Shown one piece after another: positions 26,040 to 38,420 of a DNA stretch of 64,000 nt. This DNA is from Camelus dromedarius (lineage: Eukaryota). Position 1 is the stretch's first letter. The number at the start of each line of letters is the position of its first letter. The notes under the pieces are model-generated. The model saw only the letters and a program-made list of their open reading frames with translations. It did not search any database and was not told where the DNA came from. The stretch lies in assembly GCF_036321535.1 (NCBI RefSeq), contig NC_087436.1:46936001-47000000 (forward strand), in the 5' to 3' direction. Made by a program: the position numbers and the translations under genes.

Positions 26040-26230
26040 CACAGACTCTGGAGCCAGACTCTGAGCCTCAGTTTCCTTGCCTGTAAAATAACAACAGTAA
26101 CAGTGCCGACCTCACTAGATTTTTGTGAGGATTATATTTGTTACTATATGTAAGAGGCTAGCACCCAGCATCTGGCACAGAGTAAGGGCCACATGTTTGC
26201 TGTTGTTCTTGTTTCATTAGTATTATATTA
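26040..26230 (+). mobile_element. MIR fragment
   Basis: agactctggagccagac...ctgagcctcagtttccttgcctgtaaaa...ctggcacagagtaag. Confidence 0.75.
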
Positions 26231-27181
26231 ACTATAAGCACCTGCTCTATTCCCATCCAGATTAAGAAGTTTGGGGATTAAATTAAAGTGCATGAAACTG
26301 AGGTGAGATGTTGCGTAGAACATAATGTGTTATTAAGCAGGAACGGGAATTTTTGTTGCTGTTTGAGACAGCATTTCTGAGTTGGTGTGAACACAGTCCT
26401 TTCCAGAGGGTAAGCTGTACACAGGATGGCCCACTGCGTTCTTCTCATCAGCTGATTTGGCATCAACAATGTGACCACACCAGCCCTGGATAGAGAAATT
26501 TTTCCTAAATGGAGCTCAAAAGAAACATCTCCTGTCAAGGTCCGTGTTGTTCTCCTTGCATGCATATGGCCCACAGACCTCTGCCGTCTGCCAGTCAATA
26601 AACATGTGTGATGGCGTCTCTCTCTACGGCAGGAGGGGGTGAAGAAGTGTCTCTGAATCCAAAGTTTACAAAGGATTGTGAGCAGGCTCTGTGTGTCTCT
26701 GCTGTCCATGTCAGTCAATAAAATTAGATCCTTATGTCTCCCTTTCCTTGAAGGCATTTAATGAGTTACATATTCATTGCTTTAAGAAACACACTCGAGT
26801 CACAATACAGCTTGTGGGCAGAAAAAAGAACTACCTGGGCTGGGATCTGATGCCATAAAAACTTGGTGATAGGAAGTAACCTCAAACACTGGTGAAATCT
26901 TCTGAACGAAGTGGGGGTCTGCCCGCTGAAAGACTGCAGGATCCTATCCGAGATGGGGGGCTTAGTGGTGGACAGATGTGGCTCCTTGGGTGTTTAAATC
27001 CTGGAGATCCTTGACATCTGTGGATTCAACTATTCATAGTGGACCACTGGGGAGCAACCTCAGTGGTCTATGCCATGTAATCATTCTAATTCAGCTGCAA
27101 GGCTGGAGCTCCTGAGAGACCGCATAGCTAGTGATGGGACACTGTGGACCACTGCAGGGCAGTCCACCTATTGTTAAAACC

Positions 27182-27309
27182 GGGGCAAACGACTCACTGT
27201 ACATACTGGGACCACTTTGAGTTTAAAATAGGTGCTCTCAATAACTACAACAGGACAACAGGCATAAACTGAGCCTGTCCTGGGCAAGTAGAAACACATC
27301 GTCACCCCA
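27182..27309. mobile_element. MER94-like hAT-Blackjack MITE
   Basis: ctgggaccactttgag...aataactacaacaggacaacaggcataaactgagcctgtcctgggcaa...gtcacccc. Confidence 0.7.
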
Positions 27310-29004
27310 CTCAATGTCCAGCTTTAGGATTCCTTATTAGTGTAAGATGCATCACTGATTAAGTACTTTTTAAAAATAAATCCTTATTTAAAATAGCAAT
27401 AGAATGAGAAATAAATGTTTAATTCAGTTTGGCTTACTTGCATCAAGTTTTGCAGACAAAACAGATAACTATAGGAAAGCAAGGGGCTATAGAAACACGT
27501 CCATTTCAGAGATTCATCATAATCTTGAGCTAGAGGAACTCTGTGAGTCTCCCAAGAATTTACTGAATTTTCAAACAGAGCATAAACCTGAAGATTGTAT
27601 GTCCTAACCTAATTTCTATTAAACTGGTCCAGACATTTAAATAACAAGATGACCACATGAGCACAATTCCAAACAACATCACAAGGTTACTCAGATCACA
27701 GAAGTAAATGATCAAGTGGGTCACTGGCGATATTAATGTCTTGTAAGGATCGGATCATTTAACTTGGGAATTTTGGAATCAGAAGCATCATATAAAAACA
27801 GCCCTACTGAGGCTTCTGGGTAAGAGGAATCAGGCCAATAATTAACATGTGCTGTACATTCATGGTGCCAGGATGTTTGCCTGACTCTTCATCTACGTGC
27901 TCTAATTTAATCTCCCCAACTCTATAAAAGAGATATCCTCACTTAGCTGCTTGAGAAATCAGAAAAGTTTGAGTAACTTGCTGAAGGAAAGTCATTTATA
28001 TTTTCAGTAAACATTTTTACACAATCCTGGTCAGGAGGCATGCTTAAAGTTGGCAGCAGAAAATCAACTTTCATCTTCCTTTCACCTGGGAAGAGGAAAA
28101 GAAATTATTTGCTGCCTCCGAGAAACCACTACTATTCAATCTATCATGCACTGACGAAATTCTAGAGACTAATTAGACTAAGATCAGTGCTTTCCTACAA
28201 ACTAACCTGTCTCCTTGTTGGCTGTGATGATGTTGCTCCGTGCAATTTTCAAGATATCTGGAGGAATTCTGGGGCAGCCTAAGTGACATAAACAGGGCAG
28301 TGGTTTGCAAATATTTTACTATCAATACTAGGAAAGCCCCGTTTTTAGTAATCTCTTTCCTAGTCTTCAATCCAACATCTGTGCTGAGTCATTAAAATGA
28401 AGAGGAAGAAACTGGCATTAAGGGGTGTAATGGGAAGAGACAGTGACTCCAAACTGCAGCCAAGAAGTGATTGAAAAGTATTTTGTTACAAATGCAATGA
28501 TAAAGAAGTGTGGAGAGCACCCATCTGTTTAAAAACTAGGCAACTAGGCACCAATCTGCAGTATGTGACTCCCAGATGAACTTGCTTTAGGTTAGAAGGT
28601 GAACAGACTGAAGTTTACACTGTAGTAATTACCTATAATTATCATTTTGGAGTTTTACATAAAAGGAAATAGGTTATAGTTATGCTACAGTAATCCACTT
28701 ATACACCATTTTCATTAATCTCGTCTATGATAGGAGATGGGAGGGTGTGAAGAATATTCTTCAATCAAAGCTTTGAATGAAAATATGTTTTGTGTCCCCA
28801 CAAGTCAGATAAATAACAATGATCTGGGATTTTTAATGCATATATGAAACACTGGAAGTCTGACAGTGGCAGATTTCGAAAGTAAAAAGAGTAGCTTAAC
28901 AGACTTAGTAAAGATCGCTTGGATCTATGTGTCCAGCTGGGTAGTGTGTTCAAAGATGAAAAAAATGTTTTGGGCTGACTTTCTCCAGGACACACCCTCA
29001 GTCT

Positions 29005-29386
29005 GGAAACTCCTTTGGTAGAAACAACCTTCCCACTCTTCCCATGCCCACTGACAAACTCATGCTCATCATTTCAGATGCATCTCAAGTGTCACCTCTG
29101 CTGTGAAGCCTTCCCCAGCCCCAAGGCAAAGGTTTGTGATCTCTTGGCGAGATCCTTTGGTCCCTGGTACAGGCACATACCTTTCCCACGCTCTAGCACA
29201 CCATGTGAGCATTCGAGAGTAGACTGCCTCCAGCATGTCATCCCACCGACCCCGGGGCTGATTCTAGTGACCTGGAGGATTAGACACGGGATCTGTTCCT
29301 CATTCGACATCTAAGAAAATGACATGTACACTTAGTGGAAAGCTTCCGTCCAGTACAAGGCAGAGAAGTAGCTCGCAAATAAATGT

Positions 29387-29390
<4 letters not shown>
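29005..29390 (+). mobile_element. L2 3' region
   Basis: aactcatgctcatcatttcagatgcatctcaagtgtcacctctgctgtgaagccttcccc...gctcgcaaataaatgtctgtt. Confidence 0.65.
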
Positions 29391-29391
<1 letters not shown>

Positions 29392-29429
<38 letters not shown>

Positions 29430-29430
29430 C
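29392..29430. repeat. (TG)15 followed by (CG)3 alternating purine-pyrimidine tract
   Basis: Read directly from the sequence. Confidence 0.95.
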
Positions 29431-29724
29431 TGTCCACTAGGCTGTGAGTTCTCTGAGCCCAGGTCTTAGGACTTACTTTTTGTAATCTGTGCTTATATAG
29501 CACAGATTTTATGTGCCTCATACGTAAATGTATGTTCATACAATAAACTGTAATAACATAGTGTAACCACTCTCCTCTTCTAAAAGTGCCATTTCCCAAG
29601 TTTTTATTTTCTAGACTCCACCGAGATTTTTTAATATTTTTATTTTTACTGTAACTGAGGTAGCTTCCTATTTTTAAAGGAATTTGAATTTAATTTCTGG
29701 CACACAGAAGTGACTTCCAAGCCA

Positions 29725-30480
29725 ATTCTCCTCTTGCCTACCGTAGACATCTCAATACTGTCATGGCCAAAACAAAGCTCTGGCTTCCACCCTCCCCCCA
29801 CCTCTGAAAGTGAGCCTCCTCACTCTTCCCATCTCAGTATCTTCACTATGGATCTTGTATCTTCAGTCTCAAATCCGACCACTGCTGTCACCCTGGTCCA
29901 AGCCGTTGTCATCTCACCAGAACCACTTCCATCTAGTCGCCCTGTTCCCATCCTTGTCCCCCTCACACAGCAACAGCCTTGGTGCTCTTCTTGAAATAGC
30001 CATCACATCACGTTATCCCTCCACTCAGAAGTCGCCAGTGGTTTCTCAAGATACTTAAAACAAAATCTAAACTCCTTCTCAGGGACTCCGATGTTCAACA
30101 TAATCTGTGCCCTGCCTGCCTCTCTGGTCTCACTTCCTACTTCTGCACCAGATTCACGGAGTCCACACCCATTTCTGTTCCAGGAACCTGCCAGGCTCTT
30201 CTCCTCCCAGGACTGTGCATTTCTTCTCTTTGCCCCCAGTGCACTGCCAGGTCTCCTCCTGGCCGGCTCCGAGTGCTCATTCCAGGCTCACTGGCTCCTC
30301 AGAGAGGCCACCCCCAATCAGCCCTCTAAGGTAAAGCTCCAAGTGCTCTCTAAAACATTCCCTATTTTGTCTGCTTTGAAAACTATTTTGTTCATTGTCC
30401 ATCTCCCCCACCAGAGTGCAATCTCCTGTCTCATTCACTGCTGTATCCCCAGCCCCTAGAATAGAACAGGGGCTTACTTG
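29725..30480 (+). mobile_element. L2 LINE fragment
   Basis: catggccaaaacaaagctc, ccaccctcc, caccctggtccaagcc, aaatctaaactcctt, ttcactgctgtatccccagcccctagaatag. Confidence 0.8.
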
Positions 30481-31437
30481 TGGAAAGAAGAGGGAGGAAT
30501 TCTAGGAAAACAAAACCCCATGATGTCAATGAGAATTTGAATTTTAGTACCGTCATCAGGAAGCGGCTGTTCTGTACACACATGACGCTTTGTCGTCAGC
30601 TACGGGAATATGAGAGGACTACACACAAAGAACAATCTAGTGACAAATGTGCAACAGTATGCTCTGTGATGACGTCCCCAGCATGGAAGTTAGTCAGTGT
30701 GCTGGCAGAACAGATGTTATCCAAATTGCCTGAAGGGCCAGCACAGCTGTGCTGGACACGTGGCCTGCTCAAAGGACAGTGGGCAGGACTCACCCCGCAG
30801 GAGAGTCTTGCTGACCGACAGCTCTGTAGCAGGCTCAAAACATGCCGTGCCAGAGAAACAGCCCGACCTTTCAGTACGATGGGAAGAGGCTGAATTGATC
30901 TGTTTTAGAAATCAGGTAGAAATCAGTCTACCCTGAGTCAAATCCAGGTCCCTGTGATTAATTAGCACCCACTTCAGGTACCTGTATTTACCTCTGGTTT
31001 CTCTAATTATGACCTCCTGATACACAATCCCAAGCCCTTTGTGACACAGCTAAAATGGTGTTCATATGCCAAAAATACTCTAGAGGCCATCCTGAAATGA
31101 ATTTCATTACTTTTGGCCATTTTCATGTCCAATACAAAATATAATATAATCTGTGTGATGAACATGTGATAACTGCTCATCGTTGTAGAGTGATCAGAGC
31201 CACCAGCATGGTGCTAACCATACAATTAACGTGGCCATAACTCCTTACAGACTGATCCAGCCTCCTCTGTACTCTTAGAAGCACGTGATGTACTCTTAGT
31301 CGAGAACCTAGAAGACTCACTACTCTCTCCCTCTGTCACCAACCACCTCATCTAAAGATACCTAATTTTTTGCTTTCTCGTCATCTCCAGGGGAATCAGA
31401 AGTGCTTCTCCTGTTTCTGGTTAAGTCCTTCATTTTA

Positions 31438-31597
31438 CTTGTTTTCTTGTTTGTTTGTTTGTCTTTGTTTTGTTTTGTTTTGGGGGAGGAGGCAATGAGG
31501 TTTGTTTATTTTTAATCTAATGGAGGTACTGAGGATCGAACCCATGACCTCGTACATGCTAAACATGCACTCTTACTACTAAGCTACGCCCTCCCCC
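31438..31597 (-). mobile_element. tRNA-Ala-derived SINE (camelid vic-1 type)
   Basis: Minus strand GGGGGAGGGCGTAGCTTAGTAGTAAGAGTGCATGTTTAGCATGTACGAGGTCATGGGTTCGATCCTCAGTACCTCCA has A and B boxes, then an (AAAAC)n tail; TSD AAGTCCTTCA(T/G)TTTA at 31423-31437 and 31598-31612. Confidence 0.9.
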
Positions 31598-31904
31598 AAG
31601 TCCTTCAGTTTAGATGGTGCGGAGGAAGCACTGTGTGACCTGGACAAGTCAGTGTTCTTCTGCCATCCATGACTTCTCTGATGTTTGGAGGCCCTTTCAC
31701 GATCAGCAAGTCACGGTTTGGCCATCACCTACCACAAGCAGGAAGTGCTTCTCTGTGAAGTTTCTCATGTCACACAGCACACCTGCTAGAGACAGGGGCT
31801 GTGGTGGAGGAGAGCCACCTCCGAGTTCTGTGTTGAGGTTCCTGGAGAAGGGGAGAGGGACTGAGAGGGAAACGAAGGACAACATCCAACAGAGCTAAGT
31901 TTTG

Positions 31905-32140
31905 AGATGAGAGTGTTAGGAATTCCAGTTCTGGAATAAAAAAGGCCAGATTTTGCCACTTACTGGCTGTGTGATATCAGATGACTAACAACCTCTATAC
32001 TCTCAGTTTCTGAAAAGAAGGAAAAAATATATAGCACCCACCTTGTAGGCTGCTGAAAGGATTAAATCAGGTAATGTATGTGAAGGGTTTAACATAGCGC
32101 CTGGCGTATGGTAAGTGTGTCAATAAATCTTAGCTTTTAC
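31905..32140 (+). mobile_element. MIR SINE
   Basis: tgccacttactggctgtgtga...ctcagtttc...aggattaaat...atagcgcctggcgtatggtaagtg. Confidence 0.75.
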
Positions 32141-34639
32141 TTTAGCAGTCTGGAGAATCCCAATTTCCTGATGCCATTTACTGGTGAATGGTGACTAACT
32201 GCATCTTTAGTTATGCTTAGAGTTTGATGACTTTGTTGGAAGGGTTCAGGCAAGAAAGCTCAAGGCTCTTCCTGCCCTGTATTTCCAATATTCCTAGAAG
32301 GGTTAGAGGGGAGGGAATGGGCCAACAGAAGCATTATTCCACAAAACCAGTGACCTGGGAGTCTAACGCACAGCTGCCCTGGCATGGGAACTCTATGAAA
32401 GCGTAATGACAGAATTACCCACTGCATAGGATAATTGTGAGAATTAAGTGAGATCAATTCTTTGAAACTACCTAGAGTCTAAGAAATCATTTTCTTTTTT
32501 TCCTCTTTCGTTTGCACGGTCTGGAAAATGTTTAATGTCTTTATTTGGTAACTTACAGAGTATTTTTTAACTTAAAACCTAAAGAGATTGTTTCCTTCCA
32601 TGATGAATTCTTGGACTGCTATGTGTTTTTCAAACATTGTTTTCTAATAATCTCCCCTTCCTTCCTCACCCTTTGATCCTTTCTTTCCCTTCTAGTCTCT
32701 CCATTTCTCACATTCCTTTAATTTACATTTTGTCACAGAATCCTGGTACAAGAGCTTTACTGTGGCACCAATCACAGAATGACTTTTTTAAATTGTCAGT
32801 TTCTACAGAAAAGAGTAGAATCCTAGCAAGATGCATCCTGCCATACTAATAGATACTTGTTTTTCTGAATTAAAAAAAAAAAAAAGGCTCTTTTGGTATT
32901 CTATGCAAATGAACTTGACTCTAAGTTGGAAACACATTTAGCTGCCTCCTCAAGCAAAGACGTCTTTCCAATGTCAGAATTCTTGAAAGTCCTTGAATAA
33001 AAATTCACTTCCCTCTAGAGCTGTACTGATGTATTTTTAATATTACTATTTTTCTTTTATTGCTGCATAAAGATGCATTCTAATTTTGTTTGTAGTTTAT
33101 AATAAAAAGGAACCAAGGGAAAAACTAGTAAGGGTTTATTGAAAGAGTTAAATCATTTCCCTACAGCTTTCCTAAGCGGAACTGATAGTCTTAGTCTGAC
33201 TTAGAGAGCTGGGATAGAAAGGCTGCCAACATCTGTTTTGGTCAGAGACAGATAAAAGAGACTAATTCATAGCGGGAATAACCCATGTATGGCAATTCTG
33301 TATTCCATTACCCTTTTCACAAAAAAAATACACATGATATAGATGGAGAGATATATTTCTATCTAAACTTTTCCACAGTGAAAATTATTTAGAAAAAAAA
33401 AAAAGGTGAAAGACTCAAAAGAGTTACTATTGATTTATTACCTACAATGAAGCCAGGAGGCAGAGCAAACTAACAGTCCTGCCACCATCTCGCAAGGCTG
33501 GGTCTCTGACATTTAACAAAGTGATCTTAAAAATCTGAAAGTACAGACGTGAAAATAACTTTTCAAATACCTGTAGAAACATGGGTTAGGGCCGACACAA
33601 AATAACTGAAATTCAGGAATAATGCAAAGTCTTCATTTTATCCATTCGTTTCAACCTTCTCTCTATTAAAACTAATGCAAGAACTGCTAACGTATAGCCA
33701 AGTGAACTAGTTTGACACCTTTTCTCATTATGGACAAAGGTGCTAACAGGTAGGCAAGAGAAGTAGTAAGTTATTCGGATAATTGATGAAATGAGCAAAC
33801 GACACAGAGACAATCAGGACTTGCCTGTATCAAGAGAGCAACACTAGACGGAAAAAGAAATGTCTTGCATTTGACAGGAATGTAACTGTGGAGGCGGGGA
33901 GAGAGATTTGGTTTCTTTGGTTGGTCCGGTAGTTGGCTGCTTGGGAATGATGATTGTCAGTTCCATTTCCTACCTAAGAACGCACAAAAAGCCCCCAATA
34001 CCCAGGATCATGTACAAAACGTTTTATGCTTCTAAATTCTTTAAACATCTAGAGCCTTAATGAACTCAATGAAATGGAACAAATGCTTAGACATCTTTGG
34101 TGATCCCAATTATATGAGAAACATATAAACTTGAAGTGACTCACAGAAACCACAGATATGATTGATAAAAATATCTCCATGTACACTTAAGACAGTACAT
34201 ACTCAGGCCAATCTCTTAAATCTTCTGCAGGCAGAGCATACAATACCGAATGCATTCGTATTCAGAATCTTAATCCTGAAGCAGAACAGAGCTGTGATGA
34301 TGGAAGAAATACTGCTATGTTCTCTGTTCTTACTAAAGCAAGAAAAACTGCTACTGCCCTTCAGAAAGATTTTCAACAAGAGAGAATATTCTTTTTTCTT
34401 TAAATTCCAGATAATTGAATTTCTTTTTTCATCTGCCAAAGAATGTCAGTGCTCTGATCCTTCTAAGAAATCTGGGAGTAGTAGCCTGGAATTATTTATG
34501 ATTTATGCCTACTGCCATAAAAGATTTGAGGCCTAGAAATCAAAGAATTGATATGACCAATATGTGAGACTCTACCCTTGACTTTTTGACCAAAGATGTG
34601 TGCTTCATTTTCTCTGTCGAACAAGAGACAGAGAGTCAT

Positions 34640-34795
34640 AGGATGACAGAGTTTGAAGAGACCTTTACTACTGGAAACCATGGATCATTTTATAGAAATC
34701 TAAGTCCCAGGGAAGTAAAATAACCTGTCTCAGGCCAAAGGGCTCATCAGTAGCAGGGAGTAGAACAAGGTCCCCGGACTCCAGGTCTTTTCCCA
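34640..34795 (-). mobile_element. MIR3-like fragment
   Basis: tcattttatagaaatctaagtcccaggga...tagaacaaggtccccggactccag. Confidence 0.55.
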
Positions 34796-35620
34796 GTGGC
34801 CCAGACAATCTCGCCTCTGTTCAGGAGTTGTTATCACGGCGAGACCATTTTGAAACATCTGTGAATGCTGGAACATGCCCTGAAAGTATAAAATCTTGTC
34901 CATTTTCCCTCTAAACACCAAGGTCCACCCTGATACTTAGACTAACCCAAAGGGCACCTCAAATGGGTCACAAACCAGCATGTCAGCTACCATGTGGCCA
35001 CCACCATGTTTCTCCTTTCCTGCCATTGTCCCTGGGGTTACTGTCCCTGGAGAAGCCACTGATAAAATGGGGTCCAAAGAGCCCCTACCTCTGAAATCAT
35101 CACTACCCACCAGCAGGCTTCGAGATTACCCTCCCTGGGTGGTGGGAGTGGGGAGTGGTGCAGTAGCCCGGCTCACATGAGGTGGGCCAGAGCTGGTGGC
35201 ATCAGCAGATACCAGACTGTTAAGCTGGGGGTGGGATGCACAAAAAAGGAGGGATAAGAGGTCATCAAACTGCAAAGGGTCTGAAGCATGTATTGGGAGA
35301 TTGAATATGGCTCCATGGTTCCGAGTAACAGAGAAAAACAATGCAATAAGAAGACAGTTTTATGTAGTCTTCTGATGAATAAGATCCACACTTAAGGCCT
35401 GCAGAGGGATGGCTAGAAAGACTGCCTGTTTTTTCATCTCTTCTGGCAGAGCTGTAGTTCATTTTGTGGGGGTCCCGAGAGCCATCTCAAGCAGGTCAGA
35501 TACCTTTGTCCCTCACTTGTGCCCTAGCACCTCCTGCAGGATCTAACACAGAAGAAACTTTGGCTCTGGGAAAACAGAGGAAAATTCCAAACAGAAGTAG
35601 GAAACAACTTTATTTGTGGG

Positions 35621-36519
35621 CAGTGGCATGCTAGAAAAAGTTTAACAATCAGCTCTCCAGGGAAAAAAAATGTATGCATAAGTTTAGTATAAATTTTACC
35701 AGTATAAAGAATGTGTGGCTACAATTTATAAAAAAGTAAAATATACAAATCTCTATTATAAATTCTGTGTAGTCAATTGATTTCTTACAGAATGCTTTCC
35801 TTGATTTTTATCTAACTCTCGTGTTCTTAGACAACTTATGGTTGCAATTACCACACAGGTGTAATTCCCACAGTAGGCTAATTAATATTTTCATATGTAT
35901 TAAGGAGTAATAAATAACAAAGACATATATCAGAATAACACTTGTTCATTGATGATGTAAGCAACTTCTTTGTTGAATTAGATAATAGTGTTTGAATACT
36001 GGAAGAATATTTCTTCAATTTGGGGGCTACTCACAATGTAATGGCTACAGGCATGACACATGACTGAATTTAATATGCATTAATCACATCTTTTCCATCA
36101 CTTTCCTAGGTCTAGGTAATCAATAGAATGATAAATCAAACCCTGATTTGTAGTCAGTTTCCATGATGTAAATAATCCCTCCGTGATGTCACTGAAGGTG
36201 GGGCTGTAAAGAGAACGCAGCAGCACAAGCCTGTATGACGCGTCCACTGTGCCCACCACTACATGCCATGTCCACCGTATAGTGTGACAGATGAAAGTGA
36301 CCTCAAGAGTCGAAGTCATATTGAAAAGTAGTAAAATAATGGGGAAGTGGTAAGTCTGGGGTATTTTCTACCTCTGTTTTTAACATACCTTATAAAATTG
36401 TAAGTTTATATAATTTAATTTTTAATAGCATCCGTGTGTAACAACTCGCTCACAAAATTCCTACAGACTTAACAATCAGCTCTCGTCAGCTGGTACTAGC
36501 TGGCTCCAGCACTCTGCTG
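35621..36519. mobile_element. MER63 (long C/D-type) hAT-Blackjack element
   Basis: Ends cagtggcatgctag and ctccagcactctgctg; ttaacaatcagctctc occurs near both ends; internal segment shares motifs with 21448-21640. Confidence 0.8.
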
Positions 36520-37864
36520 ACGGGAAAAGACATTCTTTGGAAAACAAAGTCTCAGGAAAAAGATCAGTCTTTCATAAGATACATGTTCATATTAAGTCAT
36601 AAAGCTGTTTATTAAGAAACTGAATGTTCAAAACCCTTGTCCAGTCAGTAGATTTGGCATTTGTGCCCAAGCGTGTGTGGGGTTAGATTCCCCCACTTCC
36701 CCCACAGCCTCTAACCACCCTCACCAACCATCCCGCAGACACCCACAGCACAGAAGGGATTCATTTAACACACCTCATGAGAGCTTCACCTTGTCCTATC
36801 CAAAATAACTCTTTCTGGAGCCAATTTTTTAGTGTAATTTATTCCAAACCTTTGATGGGGAAACTTGTACTTTTGAAGCTGTTCAGATGTGCAGCCAGCG
36901 GGGAGCTCCTGGGCCACGTTGGCTGCTACAGCTTCAGATGCTGCGGCTAGCCCCGTCGCCCAGGGACACCGCGTGGATTTATAACATTCCTTGAGGGAGA
37001 GCCGATCCATAGCCTACAAATGAATGCATTATGCTTACCCACGTACATGTTTTTCATCTGTGACAGGTATTTTATGGATTGGGGCCTTCATTTAAATGTT
37101 ACATAATCCTCCCCTAATAAATAATGTGAGTATTTACTATAATTGAAACAAGAAAGACAGCCTTTGTTTGGGCATAACTGGTTCAAAAATAAAAGGACTC
37201 GCCACAGAGTAGAGATCGATCATCAAAAAGATCAGTTATGCTAGGAGGTGCGATCGCCTATCATAGCTTAATCACCATGAAAGAAGCATAAATGATATAA
37301 GAATTTTTGCCTTTTTATATGGTCATCTTGAACTCCTGAGACATAAGAAGCTTAAGAAATACACCATTTGGTCAAATTACTAATTTGGCTTAACTAAAAG
37401 CAAGGCCAAGATGAATCAATTAAAAATGCTAAGTTAACAAAATACTTTTTACCACATACATTTTTAAAAAATTTAGTTACACTACCCTCCAGTATAAGGC
37501 ACAACTGAAATTTCTATCCAGTTACCAAGTAAGAGCTCTTACTTCAACAGCTTTAACATGTGGGAGATTGATGCCAACTAGAACCTGTACCTAATCTTAA
37601 AGGATCTGTACCTGCAGGATTTAGCACAACGTCTGGCTAAACATTCAAAAGGAGTTTCAAGAATGAATGAGTTAATTAATGTCTTAATGACTAAAGACAA
37701 TTTATTACCATTATTTTAAAAGCTTGTTCTGTAGGCTAAAAATAAGTTTGTAAATTTACTTATGGTACTGATTTTTTAAATAACATTTTCTCTATTAACA
37801 CTATTAAAATTTAGGGCTTTGCTAAATTATCATATTTTAGATTATGGGAATTGGTAACTAAAAA

Positions 37865-38420
37865 GTTACTGTACTCTTTTGTTGTTTTTTCCTGTTCAGG
37901 ATCCATTTCCCTTTTTGCCATTTCCCTGATTTTCTCTTGGGAGACCGCCTCTCCCCTTCTCACAGTCCATCAGGATACACTGAAGTTGACCCCAACCTCA
38001 GTCCACAGATGGGCATATGCTCCAAACCTGGCCAGTCAGAGCAGTCCATCCTGCTGTCCACAGTAAATGATTTGGGGGTGGGCATGTGACCCACTCTGGA
38101 CCAATAAGATATACTCCCAAGACTTTTGCTGGGCCTGTTATGAGAGAGATACTCTCCTTCTGTTAGTGTGCTAATCTGGTAGGGTAAGCCTGGTGTTGAC
38201 AGTAGCCACATTAATCTTAAGGAGAGAACCAGACCAGGAATGAGGCCAGCGCAGGAGAACACGAAGCTGAGAGATAGGGAAGGACAGACTCTCGATGGAT
38301 GACACTATCTGCATGTCTGCGCAGTGACTAAATGCTGCTCTAATCTTGGACGTTCCAACTTCATAAGCCTGTAATGGGGATGGGTTTCTGTCACTAACAA
38401 CCAGACGAGTCTATTCTACA
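37865..38420. mobile_element. LTR16-like ERVL LTR
   Basis: aacctggccagtcagagca...ccacagtaaatgatttgggggtgggcatgtgaccca...ggaccaataaga...gggtttctgtcact. Confidence 0.75.

Noticed and set aside
26278..26757. 159 aa minus-strand ORF
   Set aside because: No recognisable domain or supporting exon structure.
31520..31597. tRNA-Ala-like sequence as a tRNA gene
   Set aside because: It is the head of a SINE with body, A-rich tail and TSD; the stems are degenerate.
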